Source: Nitrospirota bacterium (GTDB lineage Bacteria; Nitrospirota; Thermodesulfovibrionia; Thermodesulfovibrionales; Dissulfurispiraceae). Taken from it: a stretch of DNA of 64,000 bases. The stretch's first letter is position 1, and the number at the start of each line of letters is the position of its first letter. The position numbers and the translations under genes were made by a program. The notes below the pieces were generated by a model. The model did no database searches. It was not told where the DNA came from and was given only the letters and a program-made list of their open reading frames with translations. Below are positions 61,290 to 64,000 of this stretch, piece after piece. The stretch is from the NCBI GenBank assembly GCA_963710375.1, contig CAVPZX010000001.1:64001-128000 (forward strand), read 5' to 3'.

Positions 61290-61735
61290 GTCAAAACAAT
61301 AGAAAAGGCCTCTACCTTGAAAACAAAGGCTTTAATGCCAAGTCAATGATTTTAAAGGCATTAAAGCCTTTCTGTATTTTCTGTCCTTTCCCTTATTTTC
61401 GGGCTATTCAGCAGAATTCTGTCACAATTTAGTCACAGTAAAAATGTTTAAAGCACAGTTGCTAATACATAATGAAAACGGTAGACTAAAAACAAAGCGA
61501 TATTGAATGAGGATGTGCTGCGATTGACCCCTTTAAAACAGGGAGCGATTATGACTATCTCAAAATGACCGGACACTGCAAATATTAGTGATATAATGGA
61601 GCTTTATTTAGTTGATAAGGTGAAAAAAGGCGGGGAGGAGATAGACCGCAGTGAATCTGCCTCTGTTGACGACTTAAAAAGAGAAAGGCGGTCGTGGTAA
61701 AGTGGTCAAAATATTCCGGCATAGGGGATGAAGCG

Positions 61736-62686
61736 ATGGATGAAACTAGAACTTTAAAAGGTATATATCGCACTGGAACGCAACACACTTCCACAAACTG
61801 GGATCAATTATGTGCCGATCATGAGGCAGAGTTTCCTTTAATTTATAAATGTGCTTTGGGAACTTTTAACGTCCTTATGACAGATTTGCCTGAATATATA
61901 CCGCCCGGAGATGCAGAATGTCGCAAGAGAGCTATAAAACGAGGAGAATCCGTTAAGCGGTATGAACATGGAAATCACATTGCACCGCGCGCAAAAGTTA
62001 TAAAAATTAATGAAAAGTATGTGGAAGCATGGATTTACAGGGGCGGAAACCCTGTACCTAATACTTTGGAATTAATTTCATTCCATAAATTAGCGGAATA
62101 TCTAAATGTGCAAAACGACGATAAGCTTACAGTTGTTATTGAGGAAGTTGACGAAGGAACGATCGGTATGCCAGAGGCACCCCCGGACAAACCCGGAAAG
62201 ACAATAACAACAAACTTTGATATAAGCATAATTGATACGCATGAGCAGCTGGATATAAACTCATGCATTCCATCTGCAGTGGAGATGATTTTAAAACTCC
62301 TGAAAGAAGTCCCAGCAGATTATTATGACTTACAAAAGGCATGGGAACCTGCACCTGGCGATAATTTTTCTAAATACGATGGCATAGTAATAGAGAATGT
62401 GAAATTTGAACTTAAATTTAATCTAAGTAATCATCCCCGAGGCACTAGTTTCCCTTTGGATCGTCTTTTTAATACTATTGATGACGAGCTTCAGGCAGGC
62501 AGGTTTGTCGCCATTTCTTTAGAGGTAAAAGGAGGATGGCATAATTATATTATTTACAAGAAGAATGCTGATGGCGAATACTCAGCATGTACGAAATGCT
62601 ACAGAGATACTTGCTTCACTCACAATGTAAAGGCAAGGGTAGAAGCAATGGGCGGTACTGATATCTTGGTTTACACAGAATTATAA
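61736..62686 (+). CDS. Hypothetical two-domain protein (CTP-dependent riboflavin-kinase-like barrel + C39-like cysteine peptidase)
   Basis: GTFNV..LELISFHKLAEYLNVQNDDKLTVVI; then EQLDINSCIPSAVEMIL..GWHNYIIY. Domain calls are weak. Confidence 0.5.
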   Translation: MDETRTLKGIYRTGTQHTSTNWDQLCADHEAEFPLIYKCALGTFNVLMTDLPEYIPPGDAECRKRAIKRGESVKRYEHGNHIAPRAKVIKINEKYVEAWIYRGGNPVPNTLELISFHKLAEYLNVQNDDKLTVVIEEVDEGTIGMPEAPPDKPGKTITTNFDISIIDTHEQLDINSCIPSAVEMILKLLKEVPADYYDLQKAWEPAPGDNFSKYDGIVIENVKFELKFNLSNHPRGTSFPLDRLFNTIDDELQAGRFVAISLEVKGGWHNYIIYKKNADGEYSACTKCYRDTCFTHNVKARVEAMGGTDILVYTEL

Positions 62687-62930
62687 GCATAGGCTTAAGC
62701 GGACGGTTCTATTTATTTGCAAGTGCACATATTGTAGAAGGAAAATTAATAAAATTGAACCGTTGTCCCCTTTATGCAGTTTTTAACATGAGAAAAGTGT
62801 AAAATATTTTACCGGGGCAGCAGGAGGCATTGGTCACTTCTTAGCGGCCTTATTTGTTTGTATGCCCTTTAATGGGTGACCCCACCATACCGAGTAGATC
62901 GTGATAATACGTCGTTAAACGAGAGACACC

Positions 62931-64000
62931 ATGACAAATCGAAACGCACTCGAATGCAATGAATGTGGAACAAGAACTATTACAAGAACCGCCATTGGGC
63001 ACGGAGATTATCAGGAATTTGCCTTTCCTTGCCCAGGATGCGGCATTGAGATCAGATTTGGAATGAACCTGTATCCTCGTGAAGCCAATTGGGAATATGT
63101 CAAATTAATTAACGCGAAGTGGGTTGACTCCGAAGAGGGTATCACAAATGAAATCAAACTAGATGGGGAGAGTCTTATTCCCGTTCATGACAGGGATTTC
63201 ATAATGCCCTTCTTGAAGACAGTTTTTCTGGCTAAAGACGCAAATACATTTATGAGGCATCAGAGCCTCCGCCTCATGGCTACAAGCAACATTTGGCCGA
63301 CTATTGAGAAGATTCTTCATTACCATGAAGATAGTAACCATGACCTTCTTGTGAAGTCTTTGAAGGAAACTGGTTACGAAGCTAGCCTTGATACTGAACG
63401 GGATTTTGCAGCCGCACTAATATGGATTTTTGACAAATATGGGGTATTCTTCCGGATGAGACATAATAGCGATGAACAGACCGTAAGGCAACGAATCAAT
63501 CTTGCGGAATCTATCGCAAGTAAAGGCGTAATGGACTTCTACATGTTGCTGAAGTCTTCCGGCAGACTCGATCAGTTGTTCCGGGAAGCGAATGCCATCA
63601 GGAAGACCTGGGCAAAGCTCTATTCCTTCCTTTTCCCTATTTTCAATATCTACTATTGGGACAGCACAAACCATAACCTAACCGACTACACCATGTGCCA
63701 GAAACGATTCCACGAAATAAAACACTTTTATGTGGACTGTTTCGAGACGTTCTGCCGATTTTCCAATCTTGCCGCTACCTTAGAAGGATTTATCTTTCTT
63801 GGGAGAATGGCCGTACCAAAAAAGACCGGTTCGATGACATTTGAAGAGTACGAGGCATTACCTAACGGATCAAAGCCTGACATACTTAAGAATTTTCCGG
63901 CGATCTCCGGGATATTTATTCCCTACATGGATTCAAAGCTTCGTAACGGTGTTGGTCATCATTCAGCTCGGTATATCGTCAAGTCCGATACGATTAAATA
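62931..64000 (+). CDS. Hypothetical protein with an N-terminal zinc ribbon and an RxxxxH (HEPN-like) motif (partial)
   Basis: Open from ATG 62931 to the window end, so absent from the ORF track; CNEC..CPGC; LRNGVGH near 63940-63960. Confidence 0.65.
   Translation, partial: MTNRNALECNECGTRTITRTAIGHGDYQEFAFPCPGCGIEIRFGMNLYPREANWEYVKLINAKWVDSEEGITNEIKLDGESLIPVHDRDFIMPFLKTVFLAKDANTFMRHQSLRLMATSNIWPTIEKILHYHEDSNHDLLVKSLKETGYEASLDTERDFAAALIWIFDKYGVFFRMRHNSDEQTVRQRINLAESIASKGVMDFYMLLKSSGRLDQLFREANAIRKTWAKLYSFLFPIFNIYYWDSTNHNLTDYTMCQKRFHEIKHFYVDCFETFCRFSNLAATLEGFIFLGRMAVPKKTGSMTFEEYEALPNGSKPDILKNFPAISGIFIPYMDSKLRNGVGHHSARYIVKSDTIK

Larger units (their letters stand above)
61290..64000. mobile_element. 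Left part of a tRNA-Arg-integrated element (extends beyond the window)
   Basis: Bounded by the tRNA fragment; 15-bp inverted repeat at 61325-61371; GTCACA tandem at 61421-61437; unfamiliar cargo ORFs. No integrase in the window. Confidence 0.55.

Noticed and set aside
61245..61432. Intact tRNA gene, or the 61-aa ORF 61247..61432
   Set aside because: The D-arm and 5' acceptor strand are missing, and the ORF is just a translation of the tRNA fragment and att region.

Overview
Bacterial chromosomal window, probably from an anaerobic Nitrospirota/Desulfobacterota-like organism (inferred from the short EF-Ts, mqnD, DsrC/TusE-like gene, sigma54 chemoreceptor promoters and hopanoid genes). The main result is at the left end: a minus-strand cluster encoding clear homologues of both plant starch-phosphorylating enzymes, alpha-glucan water dikinase (GWD1-like, with a CBM45-like N-terminus) and phosphoglucan water dikinase (PWD/GWD3-like). 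They alternate with two metal-binding TIM-barrel proteins and are followed by a GH13 amylase, all directly downstream of a chemoreceptor/HDOD/PP2C-kinase/STAS signalling cassette. The window also holds glgP, a GlgA2-like glucan synthase, tkt-tal-zwf-pgl, rpsB-tsf-pyrH-frr, a hopanoid cluster with a decayed hpnJ'-hpnK, a probable 6S RNA and an HMG-CoA reductase/crotonase/4-hydroxybutyryl-CoA dehydratase operon. Non-coding structure includes four MITE-like palindromic elements and a roughly 120-bp sigma54 promoter module repeated upstream of all three chemoreceptor loci. The right end has toxin-antitoxin genes and a tRNA-Arg(CCT) 3' fragment marking an integrated element that runs off the window. 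At least seven single-base frameshifts in otherwise intact genes suggest assembly indel errors. All family calls come from motif recognition by eye; no database search was run.
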